Positions 1-18,695 of a stretch of DNA of 30,737 nt are shown here, piece by piece. Below the pieces are notes generated by a model. It had not been told where the DNA came from and did no database searches. It saw only the letters and a list, made by a program, of their open reading frames with translations. Location: the NCBI GenBank assembly GCA_051294375.1, contig CM119265.1, positions 1,131,780 through 1,162,516 on the forward strand. The letters run 5' to 3'. The position numbers and the translations under genes were made by a program. The number at the start of each line of letters is the position of its first letter. The stretch's first letter is position 1. This DNA is from Paraspadella gotoi. Its lineage: Eukaryota > Animalia > Chaetognatha.

Positions 1-416
1 TTCTTTCTTTCTTTCTTTCTTTCTTTCTTTATTTCTTTCTATCTTTTTTCTATCTTTCTTTCTCTCTTTCTTTCTCTCTTTCTTTCTCTTCCTTTTTCCC
101 AACCTTATTCTTAGAATTCCATTTTCCCCTCGTCATTCCATAACGCTTCCTCATTTTCTCTCTCCTTTTTTTCTTTCTTTTTTCTTTTTTCTTTTTTCTT
201 TTTTCTTTAACTTTCTATTTATACTTTCTCATTTTTAAAATCTTAAGGGATTTTTTTTTGTTTAGGAGGGTAGATGAGGGGTGTTAAAGAGAGGTTCAGG
301 GGTTTTTAGGGAATAGTTCAGGGGTGTTAAGGGCAGGTTTTAGGGGTGTTGAGGAGGGTTCAAGGGATGAGTTTTTCTCTCGAAAAAAGTCTCTATTTTC
401 TGTCTAAAAGTTTTTG
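1..416. repeat. Direct duplicate of about 2200-2635, ending at a 10-N scaffold gap
   Basis: Unique sequence 96-416 matches 2300-2635 with scattered indels. Confidence 0.92.
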
Positions 417-429
417 AGGNNNNNNNNNN

Positions 430-9616
<9,187 letters not shown>

Positions 9617-10198
9617 CGAGACAAGCCCAATGACGAGTCAAATGATAGATATTGATATCAAGAGTCGTTAAAAGAAGTAGCTGTCGTTTACATCCGGTAG
9701 TACTATCTAGTATTAAACATAACTTACACTCAAGTTTTATTGTTAAGTTTGTTAATAAATTATAGACGCAGTAGTATCAGATTCGTCAGCTTTTATTTTG
9801 TTTCTTCGTTAGTCAAATAATTATATAGCCTTTTACTTAATATACAAGTTATGACAAATTGTACTTGGAACAATTTTTGGCATTATTTCCCAAAGTGACG
9901 ATTTCTTCTTAAATTCGGAATTGAATTAATTTTTAAGTTTAAAGATAAAGTTTAAGGTTAAAGTTAAAGATGAGGGAAATGGTTTAGGATTAGGATTAAG
10001 GATTAAGGTTTGGATTATTAGTTTTGAAACTTATTAAAACTAATATCAATTATTATCATGTTATATCATCTATCATTATTATCATATCATTAATAGAATA
10101 TTAATATCAACGATTATGATATTATTGTTAAAATTAAGTTCATAAATTAAGAAACAGAAATGGGTCTATTTTCGAAAATAGAGCCATAAAGATGGTAC

Positions 10199-10338
10199 TC
10201 ATTTGTCCAACATTTCCTCTTCGACTCTCGTTGCTCTTTTGTTTCTCCACAAAATTCCGATCGACCGATCGACAATAAATTCTCCAAATTCGCAAATCGT
10301 CAGAACCGAAGCTCCGATGAAAAGACCCAAATGTCCAC
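10199..10338 (-). CDS. DEG/ENaC paralog B last exon (GGHLGLFIGASVLTICEFGEFIVD...MLDK*)
   Basis: Acceptor TTGCAG|GT; TM2 with GAS selectivity filter; TGA at 10201-10199. Confidence 0.93.
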
Positions 10339-11863
10339 CTGCAATAGAGGTAAGCGATAGAGGTAAGCAATGACAATGGGGCGGGTCAGTATTTTGAATT
10401 AGGAACCTTCGCTAATAAAACTTGAGGCTTTTCTGATAAATTATTAATAAGGGGAAAAGCCTATTGATATCCATTTATGTCTGAATACAAAATGTCAAAA
10501 ACTTTATATCAAAATGTAACAAAATTATTTAAGAAAAATTTTAAAAAATTATTACCAAATCATAATATCATTTTATCCTTTGCTTCTTAGAGACAACATT
10601 TTTAAACTTTTAAATGTTATAATTGTATATTTTCTGTTAAACTTTTCTCAGAATTCATAAATATTTTAACATAATATTTGATTTCCATTTATTAATTTGG
10701 TCGACTGGTTCTACCTATGAGGCCCAAAACGTCTCGCCATTCGAACCGTCTCTTCTGCTTGGTGACTGTCATCTTCGTCTTCGAGTTAGACATCCACAGA
10801 CCCGTGCTTTCTTCGAAGTGTTGGGTAATCCGACTCAGACCGTAATCTAGTATGTCAGCGTCGCTCAAACTTTGATTTTGAAGACGAAACTTTTCCATTA
10901 TGTATCGATCCTTGCATAGCGCCTCGCATATGTTTGTGACTTTTTTCACATGCTTGTGAAAGTAAAAAAAAAAAACCAATGCTACAAATTAATAAATATT
11001 GATTAAAATCTTACCTTCATATTTTTTTATTTTTTCATTTAAATATATTTATAATTTATCATTCATGAGAGATATTTTATAGCTTATGTTTAAAGCTAAA
11101 ATGTATACGAAGAAATAATAGTTTTAAAATATGGTTGTTACAATTTCTTCGGAGCAGTAGAAATCTAGTTCGCTGATAGGCACTCCCATGTCACACAACT
11201 TGAAATTTGGATATATTGCCGAATTTGTATTTTTGATGCAGACTGATTCATTTAAAATAGAATCCCAATTTTCAGAGCAAATTGCGTTCAATTGCTGATG
11301 AAGTTTTATATAAACTGAAGCGCATATTTCATTTATTAAAGTTATATTGAGATTATCATAAAAACATGAATCCATACAAGTCGATTTGTCATAAATCAAA
11401 CGCTGACATTTTTGAGGAACTTCAGGTGGAAATTTGTCCGCGTATTTGCTGTTCAGTTAAAAATTTTATTATTATTAGTATTAGTATTATTATTATCATC
11501 GCGGGAGAATCCTCCTCATCCAAAGCAGAACTGGATCGAAGTATCGGGCTCACCAATGTGGATAAAGCGCTAAGTGGGCTGAAGAGGGCTATCTACATCC
11601 TCTTTAACTTCTTTAGCAGCAAAGGAACTAGTCCTGGGCTTTGAATCAGTCTTGATGGCTTTCCACGCCCCCAAGGCTTACGGCCGTCCTCACGCTTCCT
11701 GCAGGGTAAGTACCGGGCTGGGTTTGAACCCGGTAACTAATGATCATAAGCTGATGTCTTTACTCAATGAGCCACCGGGTCACGACTGAAGGTGTTGTGC
11801 TTATAGGCCGGGTGAACTTATGCTATGCCCGACTACATTATTATACTATATAATATATAACCA

Positions 11864-11950
<87 letters not shown>

Positions 11951-13450
11951 CTACATATGTGACCAGGCCAATTTATTACAAAGAAATTTTATTCTTTGTA
12001 AAAATTCCCAAATTTAACTCTATTATTTTTTGGTAATTTATGCTTAAATACTAATTTTTAATACAGAAAGAAATTTTAACGGACCTAAAATTTAAACTAT
12101 TAAAGTAAGTAATAATACCATCAATGCATCGGACCCATAGATTAATTTCCCAATACCCACAATCACCATATCTATAAACTTACCTTTGGCTTTGATCATA
12201 AAACTCAAATCTCACGATATCTCTCACATTGATCGACATCAATTTGTCCCCTTTAGTTAAAGTAACCCACTCGGTCATATTAAATTGGATCCCGACCTCT
12301 TTCGGTCAACGACATGAAGACATTAAGTTGTTTATTTTTTCCGGAAATGTAATGAAATAAAAATCGTCATATAATCGAGTTGGTAGCAAATTCCAAAGAA
12401 AGAATCTTTTCCGTATCCATCGATGTCTTCATTTGTAAAAATCATCGGGACGAATTTGGGAATGATGGACTGCATTTGAAAAACAGTGAAGAGTGAATTA
12501 AGTTTGGGTAAAACATAATGAATGGACAATGACATTAAGGCGTAGTAAAATTTATAAATTTAACTTTAATTAAAATTCTAAAAGTGAGGAACGAACAATA
12601 TTATATTAATGAACATTTATGTAATAAAAAATTTCTAATAAATTTACAATTTAGCAGTAGGACATATTATACTAGTACTAAACTAATAAATGTTAAAATT
12701 TCAAAACAGTTTTTTCTAAGATTTTTTTGCAGATTGGATTCGTCATAAAAAGTTGATAAAAAAATAAACTCTTTTTAAAAATTCCTTCATTAAGTGGGTC
12801 AAAAATTAGGAAAAGCTATATTTTAAGCTAAAAATTAACTTTTTATATATTAAATATAGTTTTTTGTATTTTTAACCCATATAATGAAAGAATTTTTAAA
12901 ATGATTTATATTTCTTTATCAAATTAATTTTTTTTAACAAATTAATGTTCACTGATGGTATGTTGTTCATAATTGACTTTAGAATTTTCGTATGTAACTT
13001 TCACTACGCTTAATGACATTGGACAATCTTTGTATTGGTTTACCAATTTTATAAAGTTTTGAGTCTTACTTGATTATTTTTTAGGGCGTAAATTTCTATT
13101 TTGTCGTATTCCTTCCAACTATCTGGTCCGCCTTGGAAGCGCAAAACACCGGACGCAAAAAGAGGCGTGGCTTCCGCCGCTTCGCCGCCGCCGCTTCCGC
13201 CGGCCGCCGCTTTCCGCCGCCGGCTTCCGCCGCCTCCGCCAACGTCCAAAACCTCTACTACGCTGACGAGGTTCTTTGGATCGAGGGTTCCCTGTATAAC
13301 GTCGTAGAGATTGTACAAAAGGAATCCATAAGCGGCCAAGAGAAAGATAAGCCAAGTGGCTCGTCGAGCATTTCCGCCGATAAAGAGTTTGCCGAGTCCG
13401 TGAGCTGAAGTCTCTTCAAAAAATGTGGACGTTTTAGTCGGAGATGGCAT
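10199..13450 (-). CDS. DEG/ENaC (amiloride-sensitive sodium channel / ASIC / degenerin family) subunit, paralog B, about 450 aa, 5 exons; exon 2 frameshifted in this assembly
   Basis: Exons 13450-13070, 12469-12184, 11448-11142, 10952-10715, 10338-10199 with GT-AG introns. Motifs: FFEETSAHGL, TM1 (RRATWLIFLLAAYGFLLYNL), FFGICYQ, 10-Cys thumb, VLGLIGGHLGLFIGASVLTICEF. Confidence 0.92.
10715..10952 (-). CDS. DEG/ENaC paralog B exon 4 (ICEALCKDRY...TGLWMSN...EWRDVLGLI)
   Basis: Acceptor CACAAG|CAT, donor ATAG|GTAGA phase 1; lies in ORF 10692..10979. Confidence 0.87.
11142..11448 (-). CDS. DEG/ENaC paralog B exon 3 (Cys-rich thumb, KCQRLIYDKSTCMDSC...)
   Basis: Acceptor AACAG|C phase 2, donor ATT|GTAAC phase 0; aligns with paralog A HCQNKWYNQAACMDAC. 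Confidence 0.87.
11465..11781 (-). mobile_element. tRNA-derived SINE
   Basis: Minus-strand head GACCCGGTGGCTCATTGAG...GGGTTCAAACCC (Pol III A and B boxes), about 240-bp body, (ATA)n-type tail; homologous head at 25746-25810. Confidence 0.65.
11863..11950. repeat. (TAT)n microsatellite
   Basis: Directly visible. Confidence 0.95.
12184..12469 (-). CDS. DEG/ENaC paralog B exon 2 (SIIPKFVP...FFGICYQ / KQLNVFMSLTE / WVTLTKGDKLMSINVRDIVRFEFYDQ), with frameshifts
   Basis: Acceptor TGCAG|TCC, donor AAAG|GTAAG; segments that align to paralog A lie in different frames. Confidence 0.8.
12539..13009. mobile_element. TTAA-flanked foldback MITE (Kolobok- or piggyBac-type target site) in intron 1 of paralog B
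   Basis: TTAA|GGCGTAGTAAAATTTATA ... TATGTAACTTTCACTACGC|TTAA, plus an internal imperfect palindrome at about 12770-12905. Confidence 0.55.
13070..13450 (-). CDS. DEG/ENaC paralog B exon 1 (HG motif, TM1, Gly/Ala-rich loop)
   Basis: ORF 13049..13450; ATG at 13450; donor CAA|GTAAG, phase 0. Confidence 0.92.
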
Positions 13451-13878
13451 TTTATTAAATTGGTTCTTTTCAATGGAAAGTTGAAGCTGTTAATCATTGG
13501 CAAACTACATAGGGGTTGTTATAGTAAAATTACTACAGTGCAACACATTTGAATTCTTCAACTATAAAGGGGGAACGTACTAACACTCGGATTATATGAT
13601 TAAAAAAATGTAAAATTATTCGTTAGATAGATTCATACGTGAAATGAGAATGAATTCATCAAACTCATTTACATATTGTAGTAAATTATTTCAAGTCCCA
13701 TTGGTTTAAGTTTTGTTTTGATATTAGTTGTACTTTTGGGTTTTAAGAGGTATTATAATATTTAATTCCCTCTTATAATTCTATTTTTAAACTTTTCATT
13801 AAAACCAAAAAAAGTTTATCTTCTAACCCGACTCACGAATATACAGTTGACTCCCCAGATTTAACTTGACCACATCCC

Positions 13879-14139
13879 TCACACTTTCTTTAACCCCCTC
13901 GCCAATTTTTCGAATATAAACTCGAAGAATTCCACGAGAGTGATGAGGGATGCTCCAATGAGGAGACCCAAATATCCTCCAGTCGCGCTTGATCACGTCA
14001 TTCCAAGTCTTTTTGGGTTTTTGTCTGATGGTCATCATTCGAGCGTCGACGTTCGTTATCCAAATTCCAGTTTTTTTTTCAGGTCATCGTCGATTCGGTT
14101 TTCTTTTATTTCTTCTTCAGTCATATTTTCGAATTCCAC
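13879..14139 (-). CDS. DEG/ENaC paralog A last exon (VEFENM...TGIWITN...WNDVI / SATGGYLGLLIGAS...KKV*)
   Basis: Acceptor TCAAAG|GTG; reading through needs +1 nt in the T9 run at 14071-14079 and -1 nt near 13989; TGA at 13881-13879. Confidence 0.88.
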
Positions 14140-17100
14140 CTTTGAAATTTAGTAGGGCGGAGTGAAAAGGATAGTTTATTAAAAAATCAAAAAAATGGTA
14201 GTTTGTAATGGGCGATACTTCTAATTATATATTATTTTTAAAAAAGTTAAAACTTAAAACTATTAATTGGTAATTAGTTGCTATTTAAAAAAAAATATAA
14301 AAACTGCCATAGCCTTAGGAGCAAGATAGCTTATTTATCAAATAAATAATAATTTTGATATTGGTTGTATAATTCCTAATTAAAGAATAAAAAAAATATA
14401 TTTTAAGTTTATCACATTAAATACTAAATCCTTCATAAAATATAAAAATAGAAAATAGTGAAACAAATAATTTGCAAATTTTCATAAAAATCTTGACCAC
14501 TTAACAAAATAAATTTAAAAAACTATATTTATTCTATAATAACTTTTTATTAGGAATCCAAATCTATTATTTATTATTTAAATTTATTATTAATTAAATT
14601 TATTATTTTTACTAAGCCCTTACCCTAAAAGAATCGCTTTGAGCCCTCTCCTTGCACGTTTTTTGGCATTTGGTTGCCACGGTTGCCATATCGCATTGTT
14701 TCTTACTTGCGTCCAACCTCAAAGCACAGACGTGAGAATTAGGATATTTGATGGTTCTTGGTTTTACTGAGCAAAGACCCTTGCTTATCAATTCATTTTC
14801 CCAATCTTTACCACAAAGAGATTCTTTGTGATCTTTCATCTTAGTCAATCTGTTTTTGCATCCGAGCGACAGATTGGTGTCGTCCTTTCCTCCATAAATA
14901 CAAGCATCCATGCACGCTGCTTGATTGTACCACTTATTCTGACAATGCTTCAGCTCTTTCTCAGGGTATTCATTGGTAAAGTTACTTTTTCTTCCCACAT
15001 AAAAAATATTTCGTTTCAAACCGCGAATGAAAACTTCAATAAAACCGAATTCCGACTTCAAAGAAATTTTCTCATCACCAAATATGGAATTTTGAAAAGG
15101 TTCGTCCAGAGAAAAATACAGATCGAGATTTTTAATTCCATTCCATTCGATCAAATAGACATCGGAAATGTTTGACATCTGTTGACAGAGACCGTATTTC
15201 GTGTCAGTACCTAATAAGGTCGAACAGGTTGACTCCTAGAATTTTGCTATATATTTTAGTGAAGTGTTTAATATAGATCCTTAAAAATAAAAAAAGGTTT
15301 AAGAATTATTCTTAATAATTTTTTTGGTTTCTTGCATATTGAAATTATCTTATGCAAGAAAACTTATTAGATTTAAAAAAAAAAATTTGAGACATTTTCA
15401 AAAAATAAGTTATAAAAACTAATAAATTTTCTTGAATCGAACAAAATTTATCTTATAGGCACAAACATGGAAGCTATTTTATATTATTAAATTACTATAT
15501 AATATGAAAAAATATTTTTGTCAAGTTTAATTTTTTTGATGGATTCTGTTAGAGCTCAAAAAGTTTATTATTATAACTTTTTGAAAAAATATTTGTTCTG
15601 TTAATAAAAATTGGCAAAAATTAAGAATTTTATCCAATGATAATGATGATGATGATGATTTTTTTAGGTTTTTAATTTTTGATCCATTAATCATCAAAAT
15701 TTGTCAAATAGTTATAATATTATATTTTATTTACCCTTTTGAGCTTTATCTGAATCCGTTATTAAAAATCTATATATAACAATTTATATATTGTTATATT
15801 TGTTATATTGTTATATATTACTGAATATTCAAATGCTTCAGTGTTTCAATACAACAAAGTAACCTAAAAATGATAATACACATAGATTTACTAATCAACG
15901 GACAAAGGATTTGTACACTGCGGCGGAAAAAAAATAAGCCACTTCTTTCGCACCGAAAAAACTATAGGACGTCAAATTCAATTGGTACAAATATCTGACG
16001 AGAATAAATTAATTTTAATCAAGAAGAGTCTAACTTTTTCTTATTATAATATATTTATAATATAAAATTAGCTGAACAAATTCAGAATCAAATATCTGTA
16101 GGGATAGGTGTCAACCATTTTCAACTTAAATAAAATTAAAATAAGTAGGGAAATTATATAGAAAAACAATCTTTTAAAAATAAAAGAGTGATAACTTACC
16201 CAAGGTTAATTTCACAGCTTTTTTACATCAAAGTTGTTTTCTTTATGGCATCTCATATTAAAGCAGACTAATGTAAACTCTTACAATTATATTAAAATTA
16301 TTTTTTATTTTATTATAAAATTTTGATTTTGAGATAAAAAAATTGTTTGTTTTTAATATCTATTATTAAAATGCCATATTTGGCTGCAATTAAAAAATAT
16401 TTTTATAAAAAATAATACAAATTTATTGCCAACCCTATTATATGTTTAATTCCATTATTAGTCAGAAAAAAAAGTGTCATCAATACTAACCTTTGTAAAT
16501 CATTTTTTCACAATTCCATTTTGAGACTCTGACTTTAAAGTCTTGCTATATTCTACTGCCTGAAACAATTCATTTTTTTTTTCACCAATCGATAGCTCAT
16601 TAAAAGAGCTATACATTTCATATATATTTTATCAAAATTTAAAAAAAATAGTGGTGTGTTAAAAGCTACCTAGTGGCTTCTTTTTTTTTGCGCCGCAGTG
16701 TATCGCAGAATGTTTTATATTGTAAAATGTGATAAATTCTGGCCCGCCTTAGTACCTAATCCGTAAACTCGGTCGCTATCGATTATAGTGGGTCTGAAAT
16801 CAAAGCCAGTTTGGATGCTTTTGTTCAAAGGACGATAACTTGAAAATACAATCTTTCTATAATCAGACCAAGTCTTCACGCTGGCGTGAGGTATGCAGAA
16901 TACTGGACGGACGTAAGGTCCAGAGAAAGTGAGTGAACCGTTCACGCTAAAATCACGGGGACTTTTCGCAATTTCGACGTCGGTGACGAATAAAGTTGGA
17001 AAGATGATTTCTTTCGTTTCCTCTATGAATAAGTAGAGGAGAGAAGCGTAAGCCGTTATGACGATGAGAAACCAGAAAAATCTGAAAAAGATATCGGATG

Positions 17101-18620
17101 ATGTTATCTACAGGGTGATCGCTATCAATTAGATCGTTAGAAATTAAGATTTACATTTTTGTAGAGACGGATTATTTTATTTATACCTTGTTTTTTTAAA
17201 ATATCAGATACAATGTGTCAAAAGTATCCGTTTTTAATTTTATTTGTAACATTTTGTTTTAATCAAAGGTTAACAATTTTTAAAGTTTAGTCATTTTTAG
17301 AAAAGTTTGTGAAAAAAATAATTTTGTATTATCTTAATTTATCTATATCCAGTTATCAACCCCTGTCTTTGGATGAACTACAACTTAGGTTTTTTTTATA
17401 TCCTTTTTTTTCACGGATGGTATTGAATGATAACCGGTTATGTCACTGGATATTTGCTAATGATTAGAAAACAGAGATCATATTACAACAAATATCCTTT
17501 CGGACGTTTTCCAGTAAAAATCAATTCTTACAGAACAAGCAAAAGTTCTGGGATGGACTGGGCTTGACTTTGAAAAGCTTTGAAAAGCTTTGAAAAGCTT
17601 TCTCATATCTTTGGATTTTGCACTTTATTTTCAATATAAGTAATGTAAACATGCATTGATCTTATGTAAACAAGTTATACGTCGTGGCAGTGACCGGTTG
17701 TGCCGGCAATAAATTTTTACTGAAGCTGCAACCAGTTAGAGGAACGACTGCGGCAAACGATTCCTGCAGAAACTTGTTGCAGAAGCATCTACAACTAGTC
17801 AACTACTGATTGACCAATAAGGACATCCACACATTGCACCAGTGATAACTGAGACGAATCGCGTTTGTAACCCATTTTTACAACGACTGCAAAAAACAAT
17901 TGTAGAAAATCTTTTGTATTTACTCTGCCGTCGCGCGTTCGAGTCATCGGCCGTCGGATGAACAGATTTTGACAAGGAGCAAGGATTTCGTAGTATCTTT
18001 CAACAATTGTTGCATCAACTACAGTAAACGATTGCGGGAACGATTGTTGCAGCAACTGCAGGGACCGATTATTGCAGGAACTCCATTAAGTGCAGCAACC
18101 AATGATGAAGGCAGTAATAGTAATCAATTCTAGCAAATTGAGAAACCAATTGTGGCAGAAACTGCAGAATCTAATTGGTATAGAAACTGCAAAAACCAAT
18201 TGTTGCAGCAACTACATGATCTAATTTTGGCAGCAACTGCCGTAACCAAATGTTGCAGCAACTACTGGATCTTAAGTTGCAGCAACTGTAGAAACCGATT
18301 GTTGCAGCAACTTCAAAACCAATGGCCGCAGCAAACGCAGCAACCAATTACGGCGGATACTGCAGCAACCGATTGTGGCGGAAACTGCCTCAACCTCTTA
18401 CCTATTACCTGCGTTTTCTGGATCCAATGATCAAACGTCCGAGACCGTGAGCGGAAGTCGTAGAGAGAAAGTTGAAGGCAGAGGAGAGATGAAGAGAGGA
18501 AGAAGAAGAGGAAAGACTTGGTGCCGATTCCATTGCGACAACAACGCTTCCATCTGCTGTAGATGAAAACTCTTTGGGCGGTGGATCGCCTAACGGAGAC
18601 ACGGTCTCCGTTGGGGACAT
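13879..18620 (-). CDS. DEG/ENaC subunit, paralog A, about 461 aa, 4 exons; last exon has two compensating 1-nt indels in this assembly
   Basis: Exons 18620-18409, 17081-16756, 15210-14624, 14139-13879, all phase-consistent GT-AG. Motifs: FLSTTSAHGL, TM1 (RRFFWFLIVITAYASLLYLFI), TKYGLCQ, 10-Cys thumb, SATGGYLGLLIGASLITLVEFFEF. Confidence 0.92.
14624..15210 (-). CDS. DEG/ENaC paralog A exon 3 (YGLC motif and Cys-rich thumb)
   Basis: Acceptor TTATTAG|GT gives a gapless alignment to paralog B (FRPTIIDSDRVYGLGTDTKYGLC vs FVPMIFTNEDIDGYGKDSFFGIC); donor AGG|GTAAG. Confidence 0.9.
15916..16700. mobile_element. Non-autonomous Tc1/mariner-type element (MITE) in intron 2 of DEG/ENaC paralog A
   Basis: Imperfect TIRs of about 28 bp, CACTGCGGCGGAAAAAAAATAAGCCACT ... 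AGTGGCTTCTTTTTTTTTGCGCCGCAGTG, flanked by TA on both sides (15914-15915, 16701-16702); no transposase ORF. Confidence 0.8.
16756..17081 (-). CDS. DEG/ENaC paralog A exon 2 (TM1 and start of ectodomain)
   Basis: Acceptor TTTTTCAG|A completes an Arg codon; same frame as ORF 16715..16945; donor TTAG|GTACT, phase 1. Confidence 0.88.
18020..18390. repeat. Degenerate 25-bp minisatellite (AACCAATTGTTGCAGCAACTGCAGA) in intron 1 of paralog A
   Basis: Units recur every 24-25 bp; weaker copies extend back to about 17690. Confidence 0.8.
18409..18620 (-). CDS. DEG/ENaC paralog A exon 1 (cytoplasmic N-terminus with TSAHG)
   Basis: ORF 18405..18620; donor CGCAG|GTAAT, phase 2. Confidence 0.88.
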
Positions 18621-18695
18621 GTTGGGAGATGTTTAGAGATGTTTGGAGATGTTTGGAGATGTTTAGAGATGTTTAGACATGATCAGATATGTTCG
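18620..18695. repeat. 10-bp tandem repeat (GAGATGTTTR) immediately upstream of the paralog A start codon
   Basis: About 7 units directly visible. Confidence 0.85.

Noticed and set aside
16200-16560. Apparent mini-exons (QDFKVRVSKWNCEKMIYK; VCFNMRCHKENNF) that might supply a finger domain to paralog A
   Set aside because: They lie inside the TA-flanked MITE, have stop or phase conflicts, and the direct 16756-15210 splice aligns without gaps to paralog B.
17108-17325. TA|CAGGGTG mariner-like end in intron 1 of paralog A
   Set aside because: No convincing matching inverted terminus found.
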